Source: Iphione sp. A-MEVVRFRX5
Taxonomy: Eukaryota
Assembly (NCBI GenBank): GCA_976226885.1
Contig: OZ320316.1
Span: 39,804,001-39,868,000 of the forward strand
Direction of reading: 5' to 3'
Length of the DNA stretch: 64,000 nt
This document shows, in pieces, positions 1 to 12,530 of this stretch. A program made the translations under genes and the position numbers. Under the pieces are notes generated by a model. It did not search any database and was not told the DNA's origin. It worked only from the letters and a program-made list of their open reading frames with translations. How positions within the stretch are numbered: the first letter of the stretch is position 1; every line of letters begins with the position of its first letter.

Positions 1-1699
1 ATGTGCCTACAGATAAATATATGATAAGATTAGTTAGAAAGTTGCTAGGTTTATCTACTAACCCGTATTTAAAGTTTTATTGTAGTAGGAGATTGTATGT
101 ATCTAGCTGGATACAAATACTCTTTCAATGTATAAAAATTGCCAGGGTAAATAAAGAACTAATAAAAAGTAATCAATGACAGAGCAGACTTGAAGTCAGT
201 ATAGTGTTAAACACTGATTTCTACATTATAGTCATGTTTAAATTGAAAGCTAGGAATTGTATTGCATTCATTCCAATATGAATAGAGTGTCATACTATCT
301 TCAACAACAAAACCCATAAATTTATCTGTATAGAGTTGCCTCTCACCCTGCGACCAATCAGGTGGGCTGACCACTCGCATAGGACGACCACCTTTGCTCA
401 GAATGGATTGTTTTTCTGTACATTTCGTATATGGTTCTCTCCATCTACAATGACCACTTGCCCTTGGTGATGATCCAGCCAATAAGACCCTATTTTAAGA
501 ACAAAGAGCATGTTTCACCGCCTACAGCAACCATCCACACCCCGGGGGAGGGTATTCACAACCTGAATACCACTATTTTAAGAAAAGGCATGTTTCCCAA
601 CCTGGGTTTCCCCACCTGGGGTGACCATTGAGGGATGTGGGCAGAGAGGTGTTAGCATGACCACTGTTCCCTAACAAAAAGCCTGACAGAGGGTATTCAC
701 ATGTTCAAGAGGCTTTTACTCATCAAATTCAGCACTTTTAGGTCATTATTTAGTTGATAGAGAGAGAGGGAGAAGGGGAATAAATTTGGTAGTTTGACCC
801 CCTATCCAATGCCTTGGGCAACCATTTGGTGGTTGCCTGAGGTGGAGTCGACAGTATCTATATAAATAGACCTGATTAATAAATATATAGATCAAATGAT
901 CTAAAGAGACAATATTTTAGGGATAAAAAAGACACTATATCAATCATCTCATTATACTGCACCTTTTATGAGAAGAACATATTCTCTAAGAGATATTAAA
1001 TATATTATGTCATTGTAATTTACATTAATTGGAGCCTGGACCATGCAATATATGACGATATACTGCACAACTTTGTAATACATGTAATTCTACAGGATCA
1101 CTGCATAGACACAAAACAACATTTATCACAGTTCGGCGACATTTGTTGATGCACACGTGTATATCTAGATGCAGTTATTTGTACATATACAGCCATATTT
1201 TCTGCAGAGAAATCTTTCCAGCAAATGTAATCATGTGGATGCCTGCCGAAACTGTGAAGTTGTTTAACTTTAAAAGCAGTCAATATGTGTCAGCTTTATG
1301 GGGGCACTGAAGAACTATATAGCTGTCGATCACGTCCGATGGCTTTGGGAAACAACCCCTGGTCATTACCGACTAAAGACTAGTAGACACACCATGGGCG
1401 CTGTCACCCCCCAAAACCACTCCTATATAGACGGCCCCACTCCATCAAACACCTTTCACCAATTATTACCTATTACTACTTCTATTTCGGCTGGAACCAG
1501 TACCATTACCATTCTACTACCAGCCTACACCAGCTCTACTACTGACCCGCTATCACCACCACCGCCAAACCACCATCCGACATGCTTTTCAAGATCTCCG
1601 CCGAGCAATATACAGTTTTTTTTTGTTTTGAAAAAAAGTATACATTAAATCATAGAAATCCAGTCAGTTGAATGAAATTTGAGAAATTGATAGAAAACT

Positions 1700-2060
1700 A
1701 TGGTAGAGAATTGTCACTCAGTGCATACATGTTTCAGTGCAAATATTTTTAAAACTATGGTTAACACGATGAGCATACCCATGCATGCATGTCCATGCAT
1801 GGCAGTGCATAGCCATGCATGGCTGTGTTTAAAAAATGGGAACTGTTCCAGTTTCCATGCTACACTGCCTGTGTTGGCCCATGTTTGTGGCATCTATTTT
1901 GGGAACATTCATTATCACAGGTATGTAAATGGAAAAAATACTGTGAATACATGCACCATGGTATGTATACAGTGATTATTAGATTAGCAAAAAAACACCC
2001 TGGCATGCTCTCATATGCACAGACACGCTTACATGCATACATGGACATCCAACCATATCA
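1700..2060. repeat. ATGCAT-palindrome-rich repeat-like segment, possibly a non-autonomous DNA transposon remnant
   Basis: Dense CCATGCATG/TGCATG palindromes, including the 12-bp palindrome GCCATGCATGGC at 1812-1823. Texture is similar to the 5658-6325 element. No termini found. Confidence 0.3.
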
Positions 2061-3199
2061 CCACTACTGCCATCAAGGACAACCAATATCATCTTCACCA
2101 AAACCCCATACCATTACTACCAGCAACATTGTCTACAATGACCACTGACCACCACTCCCCTTATACACTTTCCATCTGTTTAATCACTATTAAATTGGTT
2201 ATCATTATTTTAAAACTGGGGTTCGTTTTTGGAGGAATAGGTCTAAAACAATATGACTTTTACTACCAGCAAGGTTAATACCACTTTTCCCAATTAAATT
2301 ACAAAAAAAATGGTACACTTGACCCATCCCGTGCTTTCTCATGATGTTCCGTGAAAAAAAATTAAAATAAAATATCATGAAATTAAAATAACCATCATTA
2401 ACGTTGTGTTCACAAACCTGCCTACGACAATGACAATCACTGTTACAGGAGGAAATGGTATTTCTTGCAACATCTTTCTAACTTATGCAGTCCATCACTT
2501 ACATATGTATGGTTTCTAGAAGGACAGACAATGAGGACCTTTAATTCTATTGATACTAAGTCTAGAAACTATATGCCCTTTACCGGACTGATGAATTGAG
2601 CCTCAACTGTTATTTTCACGATGGTGAATATTGTTTGATTCTCTTTTCCTTTGGACAAGATACTCAGCGGGGACCATTGCTGCGAAGCTAACTTTAAAGT
2701 AGATTTTTCAGACACTATAGACACAATGCTTGCGTGTATACTGGCATCGTGGGCTGGCGTGGTGAGGTATATAAGCAAAGAGTAAAATGTTTATCCATGT
2801 TTGTCTGCGTGCGCATCATATAGCTATATAGAATATATGTACTGCACATCTGTGTACATTCACGTGTGTAAATTATATCTGTATAAAACAATTTGGTGTT
2901 CATTATTATAGGCGTGGTGTATACCTTCCATGTGAATGCTGGAAAGACAGCCAGACAGCCTCCCTCTTATATATAAATATATATCTATAGATATATTGTC
3001 ACGTGTTAGTTTATTTACTGTGAAGTAGAGTGAGGTGAACATATTCTATACATACATATGGGGTGGCCAGGAAGCGTTTTGCCATCTCGGCAATTAGGTG
3101 CTCCTCTGAGCAGCTCACCTCGCAATCAGCCTCGCCCCACATGATACCCGCCGAGCAGTTCAGAGCGTTTGGATGATTAGCCCCCGCCATCAGCTGCAG

Positions 3200-3303
3200 T
3201 GTCACGCTTTTTAATTTGCAGGGCAGGAACCAGAGTCCGGAAGCTGATAGGGCATGGGCATCAAGCTAAGGCTTTGATATAAAGTATTAAGGTAGACGTC
3301 ACA
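3200..3303 (-). mobile_element. Putative very short LTR (104 bp) preceded by a purine-rich tract
   Basis: On - it reads TGTGACG...CGTGACA with ATTAAA near the end. It follows the purine-rich GGAGAAGAGGAAGAAAGAAGGGGAGACGCAGGGG, and ORF 3299-3520 stops inside the first bases, as Gypsy ORFs often do. No second LTR and no pol domain recognised. Confidence 0.3.
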
Positions 3304-4023
3304 CCCCTGCGTCTCCCCTTCTTTCTTCCTCTTCTCCAGAATCCCTCTCCCTCCCATCCCTAATCCCCATGGACCGCCCGCCTCCCCTCCTCCTCATCTT
3401 CTTCTTTCTACCCTGAGCGCTCTGACAAAGCCCTCTCCAACGTCTCTCCAAGGCCTGCACCGCAGCTGTCCATGTCTTGGCGCCGGCTGTGGTAGTCGTG
3501 GCCGCCACGTAGTCCGGCAACCCAGCTAACGAGCTGACAGCCTGGGCCCGATGCCCACCATGACTAGGGCGCCATCAAGGGCCGAGCAGGGGCTGCAGGA
3601 ATATTGGGGTGTCGCGAGGTATGGTGACTGTGGGGCCGGGCCTGGGGCCCGCACTGGGGGAGGTGGGGTTGCTGGTAAAGGGGGGGGGGGTGTGCTTGTT
3701 TGAAAGAAGCGCCGGTAGTTGGGAATGGAGGAAACGGAGGAAAAGGGGCCGTCTGTCGACTGGCTCCTCTTGCTCACCTCGCCGCTGACAATGAGTAGGA
3801 GACCTGGGCACTGGGGATGTAGCAAGACGTTGAGCGAAATGAGGACCGGGCGCGTGCTTCCTATCAACGCCTCCACGCAGCTGGAGACCGGGCGGCTGGA
3901 GGTGGCATGGGGATGGAGGGGGTTGGTTGGCTGCCATGGAGGAGACGAAGGCAGCCGGCAGGAGGGCCATGATGGAGAGGTGAGATGTAGGCCACTTTAC
4001 AGTGTGCAGGCCTCGTGAGCGAG

Positions 4024-4068
4024 GAAGAAGAAGAAGAAGAAGAAGAAGAAGAAGAAGAAGAAGAAGAA
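4024..4068 (+). repeat. (GAA)15 microsatellite, possibly the 3' tail of an RTE-like retroposon
   Basis: Perfect GAA x15 read directly. The retroposon-tail idea is inference from the GC-rich sequence ending abruptly at the repeat. Confidence 0.9.
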
Positions 4069-5892
4069 ACTGGTGACTTGACCAATGAATTAGGCGAAGA
4101 TTGGGTCGAGAAGAAAGCAGAATAACATGAAGATGCCATTGATGAAAAAGCTCCTTGGATAGAAATACAGATGCAATGTACAACCTCTGTTTATAGACGG
4201 GAAGAAAAGTATTAAGAGCAAGGTCAACTAAAAGACCAAGGAAAGGACCTATAGATCAGAAGCACAAAGAATATTGCTGAAAAATAAACCTATTGCCAGT
4301 CCCACCTTTGTTTCTATTATACATGCAGTATTAATAAGGGTTCTCCAATGTAACGTTATACAACAACATCTTGCCATTGTTTCAAACATAGAGAGACAGG
4401 AACAAGTCATACTCTAATGAAAAGTATGTTATTATTATTTGAACAATGAAGACCTCCGTACCTTTGCTCATAATACGGTTATATCACCTTCTTATCCACA
4501 TCTCGAATCAAACATGTGCAATGATAATCCTTTGAGGCTACGTATTCTTTATCTCTCCCTTACCTTTTTAATCTGTATATCTGCCAGATTGAGATGTCAA
4601 AAAAAGGGAGTACTGAAGTGAAAAGCGAAAAAAAAGAAATAGATGCCGCCTTTAAATGAGAACGCCCGAAGAGTTAATCTGAGTCGTAGGCGCGGCCGTG
4701 GAAGTCTGCCGTCTATCAGCCAATGTAATTACTCTACGTTCATTAGGAGCCATCATCAGAAATCATAATCTACATGTGATGACATGACGTTCCCATCCTC
4801 GACGCCAGCCCTTTGTCAGGACAGATATGGCAGGGCCGACGTCACGTCCTCGTCTGAGCAGCGGGCAAAACAAAGTCGGCGAAGTGCGCGGGCAGCTACG
4901 GTTTCTGGGTCTCAACCAGACGAGTTGCTCCGAGCGACTTCCTACAGTAATGGCACGGGGACAATTGCAGTACATGCTGCGGACAGCAGGCCTGGCAGAA
5001 AGCTCTTCGATACTATGGCACCGTTTACCGTTTCTTCCCGACGGCAAGTGGAGGGATTTTTGTTGACCAAAAACTAATATAATTACAATTACATTTGGCC
5101 AATGACACAAATCTCGTTTTTTAAAAATGAAAGCCAAGACGCTCAAACCCGAATCGGTGAATTCGGAGTAGACAAAAACGCTAGAAATGAACAGCAACGG
5201 GAAGTGAACAAACAGATTGATTTCCTTCTATTTACGCCTACAATGTCACCGAGGAGTGTCACAGAAGTTCACTGATCTTCCCGGAGATTTCTCATTTTCC
5301 TACCGACTTGGAATATCGGATGACATACAAGCGTAAATATTTCTCTAACAGGGCCGGTTTTTTCTCCCGTTTCTCATTTTCAAGTAATAGTGTTCGAAAA
5401 TGTTCTGCCAACACGAATCGAGTTTACAACCGCTGGACACCAAGTGATCTGCATGTTCGCTTTTTCTTGAATGTTAAGTTGAATGTTTCAGGTCTGCTTT
5501 ATAGTACCAGAGTACCTTTTTCATAGCTGCAAATTATCTAGAGTTTGACATACTGACGACAGTTTACCGTGGATACATGTATTATAGAAAATGTGTATAT
5601 ATGGACGGAATCGTTCAAGAAGCCAACAGTTGGTACACAGTATAGAACTTGTTTTGAGGGTCGGTTTCCCTACCTGCGTTGGTGTCTGTGTGCGTTGCCA
5701 TGCATTGCCATGCATTTTTTACCAGCACACTAATTTCAATGAAGGGTGCCCATTGTGTGCGTGAGGTGTCCATGTGCATTGACATGCATTGCAGTGCTTG
5801 CCCGTTTTCAGTCCCTGCCCGTAAATTTCCTGCACAATGCACATCAACGCACAATATTACTGGTATAGGGATGTGAGGGTATTTAGGAGTCT

Positions 5893-5932
5893 TATTTCTT
5901 CATATTTCTTCACATTTCTTCACAATTCTTCA
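5893..5932. repeat. 10-bp tandem repeat x4 (TATTTCTTCA)
   Basis: tatttcttca tatttcttca catttcttca caattcttca read directly. Confidence 0.9.
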
Positions 5933-6001
5933 CTTTCAACATGATCTATGGCATGTCTGCACATGTCAGTCTTTGTCTGGAAATTTTCTGCACATTTTTG
6001 T

Positions 6002-6125
6002 CATTTTCGGGCAGTTTTCCATGAAATAAGCCCTTTTTCAGCTGATTTTCCATGTAATTTGCCATTTTTCGGGCTGTTTTCCATGAAATAGACCATATTT
6101 CAGCATATTTTCCATGAAATATGCC
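6002..6125. repeat. About 30-bp tandem repeat x4 with alternating A/B units
   Basis: Core TTTTCCATG(A/T)AAT recurs every 30-31 bp. Units alternate between TTTCGGGC and TTTCAGC. Confidence 0.85.
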
Positions 6126-6599
6126 TAGTTTTAGTGTTTCTTTTGCCATTTTTAGTAATTTCCAGTCATAAAATGCAGTGGTCCACACTGGCCCGCACTG
6201 GTTGTCAAAAGACACCCCAGTGCGTTGCTGTGCGCTAAAACCACAATGCATACCAATGCATTGGAAATGCAGCTGGATGGCTCACGCACTGTAATGCACA
6301 CTGCCGCATGTATGGAAACCAGGCCTAAATCACATTCACCAGGACAAGAAAGACCACGGGGGTATATGTACCATCCACTAGAACATGTAGTGGCTCTCCT
6401 AAAAAGTGCTTTTTACATTTAACTTAGTTCATGAAAATTTCCACCGGACGGCAAGCTGAACCACTCTAGAGCAATCACGATCTCTTAGAATCCAAACAAG
6501 AAGGCAAATACATCTTAAGAACAGGTTATATAAGAAGAAAGGTTAATGAACATTGGGATAGTCGAAGTACATTTTGGGCAAGTATCAAGTATTATCTAA

Positions 6600-6874
6600 G
6601 GCTAGGCAGCAAGAGCAGAACCAATAGCAGAATCATAGATGGAGTCCAGGAAGTACCACCATGCCGAGTAGCCACCAGCATAAATACGTTTTTTTTTTTA
6701 CAAATATAGGATGAAAAATCTCAGAACAGCTGGGAAACTTCACACCAAGGCTGATTGTATGACAAAATGCTTTGGAACCCTTCAGCAAAATTATGGAATA
6801 AACTACCACTGGAAACCATCAATCAACCGAGAGCATCGTTCAGAGTGAAAATACTGAAAAAGATAGACCAGTGA
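6600..6874 (+). pseudogene. Degenerate 3' end of a CR1/L2-group LINE ORF2
   Basis: Frame starting at 6782 reads SAKLWNKLPLETINQPRASFRVKILKKIDQ* (TGA 6872-6874), the typical LWNxLP...F C-terminus. NLRTAGKLH lies upstream in another frame. Confidence 0.55.
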
Positions 6875-8161
6875 TAAGCAATGAGGCCAAGTCAAATTGG
6901 GGGAGACCAACCTGGGCTACTGTCTGGTTGGCATATTTCCAATATAGGCTAATGTCCGATAAGACCACCCAAAAATTCCTGATATCAGAAAAATATCTGT
7001 ATCTGGCTAGCCATCAAACAATACACATCCTATGTACAAAACAATTTTTAAAAACTGTCCTATAAAAACCCACCTAACATACCACCTGTTCATTGTAATT
7101 ATCATTGTATCATGAACGCAAAGAGAATACAAAAAAGACCCGAGAAAACGTACGCTCTGTATAGAATTATCAGGGTAAATAAAGTAAATTTTTAAAAAAT
7201 AACAGAAACTGACTGACTCACTAATCTGCCACTTGTTTCAATTTTCTGGCCTAAGGCCATGGGGAAGAATGGAAGAGGAGTGCAGGAGGAGGGCAAATAG
7301 ACAACAGAGCAGGACAGGTACTTTAATCATTTGAGTCAGTCATTGTGAAGCACCAGTTTGTGGAAAAACGCCAACATAAAACACAAATGGACTCTAAGCA
7401 CATCAGTGTCAATAGTGGAGGTTATGTAGCAAGCAGTGTTTAAGAACGATGACTATTGCCATGGTAGCTGCTAGACATGCCATCAGGTAAATACTTAACT
7501 GGACATTCATGCTAAATATAAAGTGTTCTTCTGCTATAATTAGATCATTCTATTGCCTTTCTCACTACATATAGAGGGTCAATTTGAAACTGTTCTTTAG
7601 GGGTAAATTTAAAGTCTCAAAAGCACACCTATAGCAGCTACCCACCTCACATGTTGACACAGCGTTATTACATGTATATGATTAACTAGATACGCAGGCG
7701 TTTGCGCATTATACTGCATCTCAAGGGTAAGTGAATATTTCATTTGTAAGATGTAAAGCATGTACCTCCGTTATAGCCTTTCCGAAGCGAATATATTGAT
7801 CACCAGATATTATTCATTTCGATTGAAACTAACAGAATGCCATGAAGAGAGCGTTGATATCAGACCTCACAGCAAGAATTCATACCAGCTGGTACGCCGT
7901 CTGTGGCCCTCAGGGATGACTTATACATGTCTAACACTGGATTAATGTCTGCATAAGGCATGTGTTCCTATGTCTGTGTTTGCTGCAGTCTGATAAATAG
8001 CCGATATATGATATGAATGAATCAGTAAAACTGTGGCTGCACCCAGAATACAGGTCCCATTCCAAGGCCATCAAATCCTTTTGCGATAGCGATGGACTTT
8101 ATCTGGTAATGAAAACTATATTCCATACTTTGAGTGTCGCTGGAACAGTGCATCATTTCAG

Positions 8162-8570
8162 GACATGTTGTCCAAGCTTTCTTGGGGCAAGCATCCTCAA
8201 TGGGGCCCACCTGGACGAACCAGAACTTATCATTGTTACTGATGCCCCAGAACCTATATAGGAGGCATATGTAAAGTAGGAGATAAGTCTCGAGAGGGTG
8301 TGAGTGTCTACTGGTTTTAACTAGGTGTGTGTCGGTTGTAGAGTGATCTGTCTGTGTGTTTAGCTCTATTTGCCATGGTGCCGGTAAACACTTTCCTCTA
8401 GAAGATGACTGGTTAGTATCTGCATCTGTTCTTTTCCTTCTGGATAAGATTTGTTTGCTCTCCCCTTCTACAGTTTGGTCAATTGGAATGAAGAGATATG
8501 TAGTCTAGTTTACAAGAAGATACACACTTTATTACTAAGGCATGACACAAGGGTCTATGCCTCTCCTCTG
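8162..8570 (+). other. Candidate three-exon coding fragment of unknown product (8162-8270, 8364-8411, 8474-8570)
   Basis: GT-AG introns of 93 and 62 nt join in phase into 84 uninterrupted codons (HVVQAFLGQ...ICHGAGKHFPLEDDCLVNWNEEICSLVYKKIH...ASPL). Strong acceptor tgctctccccttctacag at 8473 and donors GTTAGT (8412) and GTATGA (8571). No homolog recognised. Confidence 0.35.
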
Positions 8571-9164
8571 GTATGAGACTTGCTGACACCGACTAACTTT
8601 CCAAAACAGATTCCTGCCCCTTATATAGGGCACTGGGGATGATGTCATTCCTGCCACATGTTACAGAATGTGTTGAAATGACTCGGGAGTTCATAGGGTG
8701 TTTGGGCTCCTTACAAGGTGCTGGGGCTGCGGGCATTCTCTGTTTGGGGTTTTTCCACTGCCTAGAGAGCCCTGCTGCACTCCTTACCATGAAGTCATTT
8801 TCACTCCTTGTAAGGCATTGGTGCTTGGATCCCTACTGCACTCCTGACTGATGTGTCATTCTACATGTGCTAAGACGAGTTGTTAGAGCTTTCAATTGCC
8901 ATGGCAATCTGGCTTGAGAACCCTATGTCACTCCTTGTTTGGTTCTGAGACTGGGGCTGGGGATAGGTTGGCAGGGTTCCCAGTTACAATGGCAATCTGG
9001 CTGGAGAACCTTCCTTTTGGACAGCATTCAGGGAGGCTGCTCTATACTTGTATCTAATTTGTTTTTAATTAAAGCTAACTATGACCTAAACACACATACA
9101 ATATAGTGTATTTTCACGATTCTGAAAGCAATAATAAACAAGATAGTCTACTGGCATGTATGTA

Positions 9165-9753
9165 CAGTGGAGACCCTCACAATGGATGATTCTCTGTACA
9201 GACACTTTGAGGAAAATCCCATACAAAAACCCTCTATATCATATTTAAAACAGCCCGGACACAGTGGACACTTAGTTACAGCAGACATCCACCTGTGGAC
9301 GCCGATTTTACAGTCCCAGATAGTAATTTTACAGGGTCTACAGCGAACAGTGACACCTGGGATAACCAGTCCCATCCCTCCTTTAAAGGCTATCGACACC
9401 CAAGAGAGGTGTGACCTCTTTCTCACATCCAAGAGGAACCGCTTGTCTCTACTTTGAGGGGTATCGACACCCAGGAGAGGTAAGACTTCTGCCTGACATC
9501 CTGGAGGAGGCATCCCTCACACCTCAGGAGCCCCTGAAGCATCCATCAATAAATTATTAAACTTGGCTTATGACTTGCTTAAACTTTTCTTATAACTTCA
9601 ATTACATAGGCAACTCTCTAGGGGAACAAAATTAGAGAAAAATTATGTATATAGAAAGGTTTAAAGTGTACAGATCGGCTATAGCGGACACCCCCAACAA
9701 TGGACGCTTTTAGTACAGTCCTACCGATGTCTGCTGTAGAGGGGTTTTTACTG
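9165..9753. mobile_element. Degenerate Tc1/mariner-pogo-type non-autonomous element
   Basis: Starts TA|CAGTGGAGACCCTC and ends GAGGGGTTTTTACTG. TACAGCAGACATC near 9277 is inverted at 9729-9741. Resembles the 58123-58295 MITE ends. Contains a 47-bp direct repeat at 9391 and 9462. Confidence 0.35.
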
Positions 9754-10347
9754 AATAGTTTAAATAGCTTAGTTGATACATAATTGAGTCCAGCACCTAT
9801 TTGGAGGACGGTTAATATATAGAATCCATGAAACATAATAATCCTTATAGTTGACATCCAAGACAATATAGGTACTTAACACAGGATACACATGAAACAT
9901 TGCACGATAGTGGATAGATAGTAGTACTTGGTTGACTTTGAGATATTGGATAATCATTAACAAAATACTGAACTCTTACTGTGTAATGTGTAGTTTAGGT
10001 ATGAAACATCAGATACATAATGCATATACATGTACATAGTTTCGCCCACCACATCAGAAACATAATGTACCATTTGCTTAATGAGAACTTTGGTCAGTTA
10101 TTGAAGTTTACATGCATAAAGTACCTTGGATATGTAGGCAAAGATGTCAGAAATGAATAATACATATAGAATGTACATAAAACCCAGATGAGAAATTTCA
10201 TGCATATATACTGTTGGCCTGCATCATTAAGAAGATGACACAAACTATAGTTTGAAGTCTTATTCACAACTGTCATGAACCAAACACAACCTTTGCAATG
10301 AATGCAGCTTATACAAAAAAAGCCCTCTGCCTTTTCTTTAACTTCCA

Positions 10348-12050
10348 TATTTTCCCTCTGCCAGTGAGATTCTACTAGTGACCCTCTACAGTAAACCTCC
10401 GCTAGTGACCCTCTGCAATCAATTCCATGCCAAACACTACTCCCTCCTTAAGATCAAATTTGTCCCAGGGTGGCAAAGTATTCATTAACTTCAAGAAGAA
10501 CGTTCTGATTATCCTTAAAGTGCAGATCTATATAAAATTCATTCAAACATAATCCAAGGGGTAATGGTCTAACTGAATGGTAGCAGTTCTCTAGCATAGG
10601 AATGTCCAGTCTCGGGAAGGGGGCAGCACATCCGTCATAGGCATCTGCAGGGTGGGAGTAGTGGCCCTTGATGGGATAGTGGAGCTGGTGACAGACAGGA
10701 GAGAGCTTCCAACGGCCCGCCTCTCCTCGCGGGCATCATTCAGCATGGTAGCTGACTGGTAGTGGGCTGTGGCAAAGGGGTCTGCTCTCCAGGTGCCAGT
10801 AGCAAAGGGCCAGGAGCTCCAACTTCTGCTGAGGCTGAGAAATCTTCAACAGGGTAAGTCCCATTCCCCTCCCAGGGGTAGGTGGGTTGATATAAAGAAC
10901 ATCAACTCACCTCCGCTTTTCGGGACTATCCCCTTTACCTCAGGAACTTGTCTTGTTCCTCTGCAATTCCAGTGGTGGCCACTCTGGACATGGAGATAGC
11001 AAAAGGGGAGAGGGGTTATGCCTCCAAGGTGTCCAGCATCAACCTCCCTCCAGGTCCACCAATCATTGAATCCTGGGATGGGTGAGTGTAGGCTGTTCCT
11101 GTGATTGATCTTCAACCATAGATCTAGGCCCCTCATCAGCCCCCTTGCCTAATCCTTCTTCTCTCCCTGCCATCAGTGGCGTCCATTTGCTGGTGGTCCA
11201 GCCGGCTTGGGGCAGTCATTACATGGATGGTGGAGGTTATCTGGTGGCTGAATGCCCGCTCATTCCCTTCCTTTCACAGACTTTGCAGGCCATTTTGTGG
11301 AGGAGTCCCATGTTGAACCTCATTCTTGGTGGCAGGGGTGGTAGGTTCACTGCTGTCCAGCTCATCTCCTCCCCCAGCCAATGTGCTGGGCCGGAGCTCC
11401 TCAATGTGCTTTAGCTCCCCCCTCTGAGAATCCCTCCTCCATGAGGATCTTTCTGATGATGAGAGCTCTTCTTCATCAGAATCCCTTCATTCATCCCTCT
11501 CCCACCTGCATGGTCACAGTTTGCCAAAGGAAGGGCCTGCCTGTGGCTCCTTCCTCTGCCTACTCTCCTAGCCCGTCTTTCTTTCTTCCTCTTGCCGGCT
11601 GGTCATGGAGGAGGTGAGTCTGAGTTGTCTCCCTCTTCTCCCTCAGAGGTCTCTTCAGAACCACCAGCAACATCTGCAGGTGGACGGATCAGCTTCCCTC
11701 TTAGAACTGTGGAACCTGGGTTTTGAAAAGATTTATAGTAGGTCTGCCGAACCCTTTCCATGAGTCTTTTCGATCCTGTCTCAATATGGACTGGTTCTCA
11801 AAGTGGCAACTCTTCTTTCTGCATAGATTTTGCCACCCTATACCTTTGAGTTACACCCCATGTATAACCATCATCATTATGTCATTGCCTCCCACAGGGT
11901 AAATAGCCTCTTCCCATTACTGAAGTGATCTGTGATGACCATCATATTCTTAGTCCCGCTATAGGCATATAGGGGAACAGGCCAACATTGTTCACCACTA
12001 CTAGCTCCCAGCGGCAGAAACAATCATATTTTTTCAAGGCGGTCTGCCAC
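10348..12050 (-). mobile_element. Degenerate DIRS-like (tyrosine-recombinase) retroelement fragment, copy A
   Basis: Frame-shifted remnants on -: WLKINH..PSQD..LDT near 11000-11120 (RT region 7), DPFATAH at 10762-10782 (compare DLFAT of the DIRS RNaseH/MT region), a weak YR-like GHSY...MNF..RTFFLK near 10480-10610, and a low-complexity gag-like stretch above 11150. Confidence 0.5.
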
Positions 12051-12179
12051 TTTTTGGAGGGGGCTTTCTTCTCAAGGCAGTTGGGGACCCCTGGCTCCAC
12101 TCACCTCCACATCACGTGACATTTCCATCCATTTGTATAGGGTGCAAAGCATCCCCGACATCTTCTGGGGCCCTAACTG

Positions 12180-12530
12180 TCTGCCGAGCATTCCCCCCAG
12201 CTTCCAGCAGGCCTTCCTGGATCTCCAGAAGTCGCCAGGCCCTATGACATAGTCATCAGGTGCTATCAGTGCCAAGAATATGGCCACAAGTGAGAGAGAT
12301 GTCGTGCCAGGGAGCACTGCTGCAGACGATGTGATGGACGACATCCCAATAAGAGGTGTCCGAGGAAACTCCCGGGCAAGTGCTCGACCTGCTTAGGAGA
12401 GCATCAGGCCAGGGGCCATGATTGCTCCCAGTGGAAGGAGGCCTGGGCACACCTCAATGGGATCAAGCCGGAACAGGTCAAGAACACCTCTCTCAAGAGA
12501 CAGCAGTACCAGAAGGCCCGGCCTACTTAG
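12180..12530 (+). pseudogene. LINE ORF1 (gag-like) with three CCHC zinc knuckles
   Basis: Frame from 12240: PYDIVIRCYQCQEYGHK*ERCRAREHCCRRCDGRHPNKRCPRKLPGKCSTCLGEHQARGHDC, with an internal TGA at 12291-12293. Not shown in the supplied ORF track. Confidence 0.85.

Larger units (their letters stand above)
5658..6325. mobile_element. Non-autonomous PIF/Harbinger-like element (MITE)
   Basis: Left end GGGTCGGTTTCCCTAC (5658-5673) matches the reverse complement of the right end, GGCCTGGTTTCCATAC (6310-6325), at 12/16. Flanks are TGA and TAA, compatible with a degenerate TWA duplication. Internal tandem repeats, no transposase. Confidence 0.5.

Noticed and set aside
207-482. ORF with a weak resemblance to the Tx1/L1 C-terminal region (YWNECN versus HLFWEC)
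   Set aside because: The zinc-binding Cys/His residues are missing and the similarity is too thin to call without a search.
1190-1275. + frame peptide PANVIMWMPAETVKLFNFK resembling ADP/ATP carrier ANVIRYFPTQALNFAFK
   Set aside because: Needs a gap, has few identities and no flanking carrier motifs; likely chance.
3575-4183. 202-aa ORF with poly-Leu
   Set aside because: Produced by the antisense (GAA)15 repeat and GC-rich sequence; no domain.
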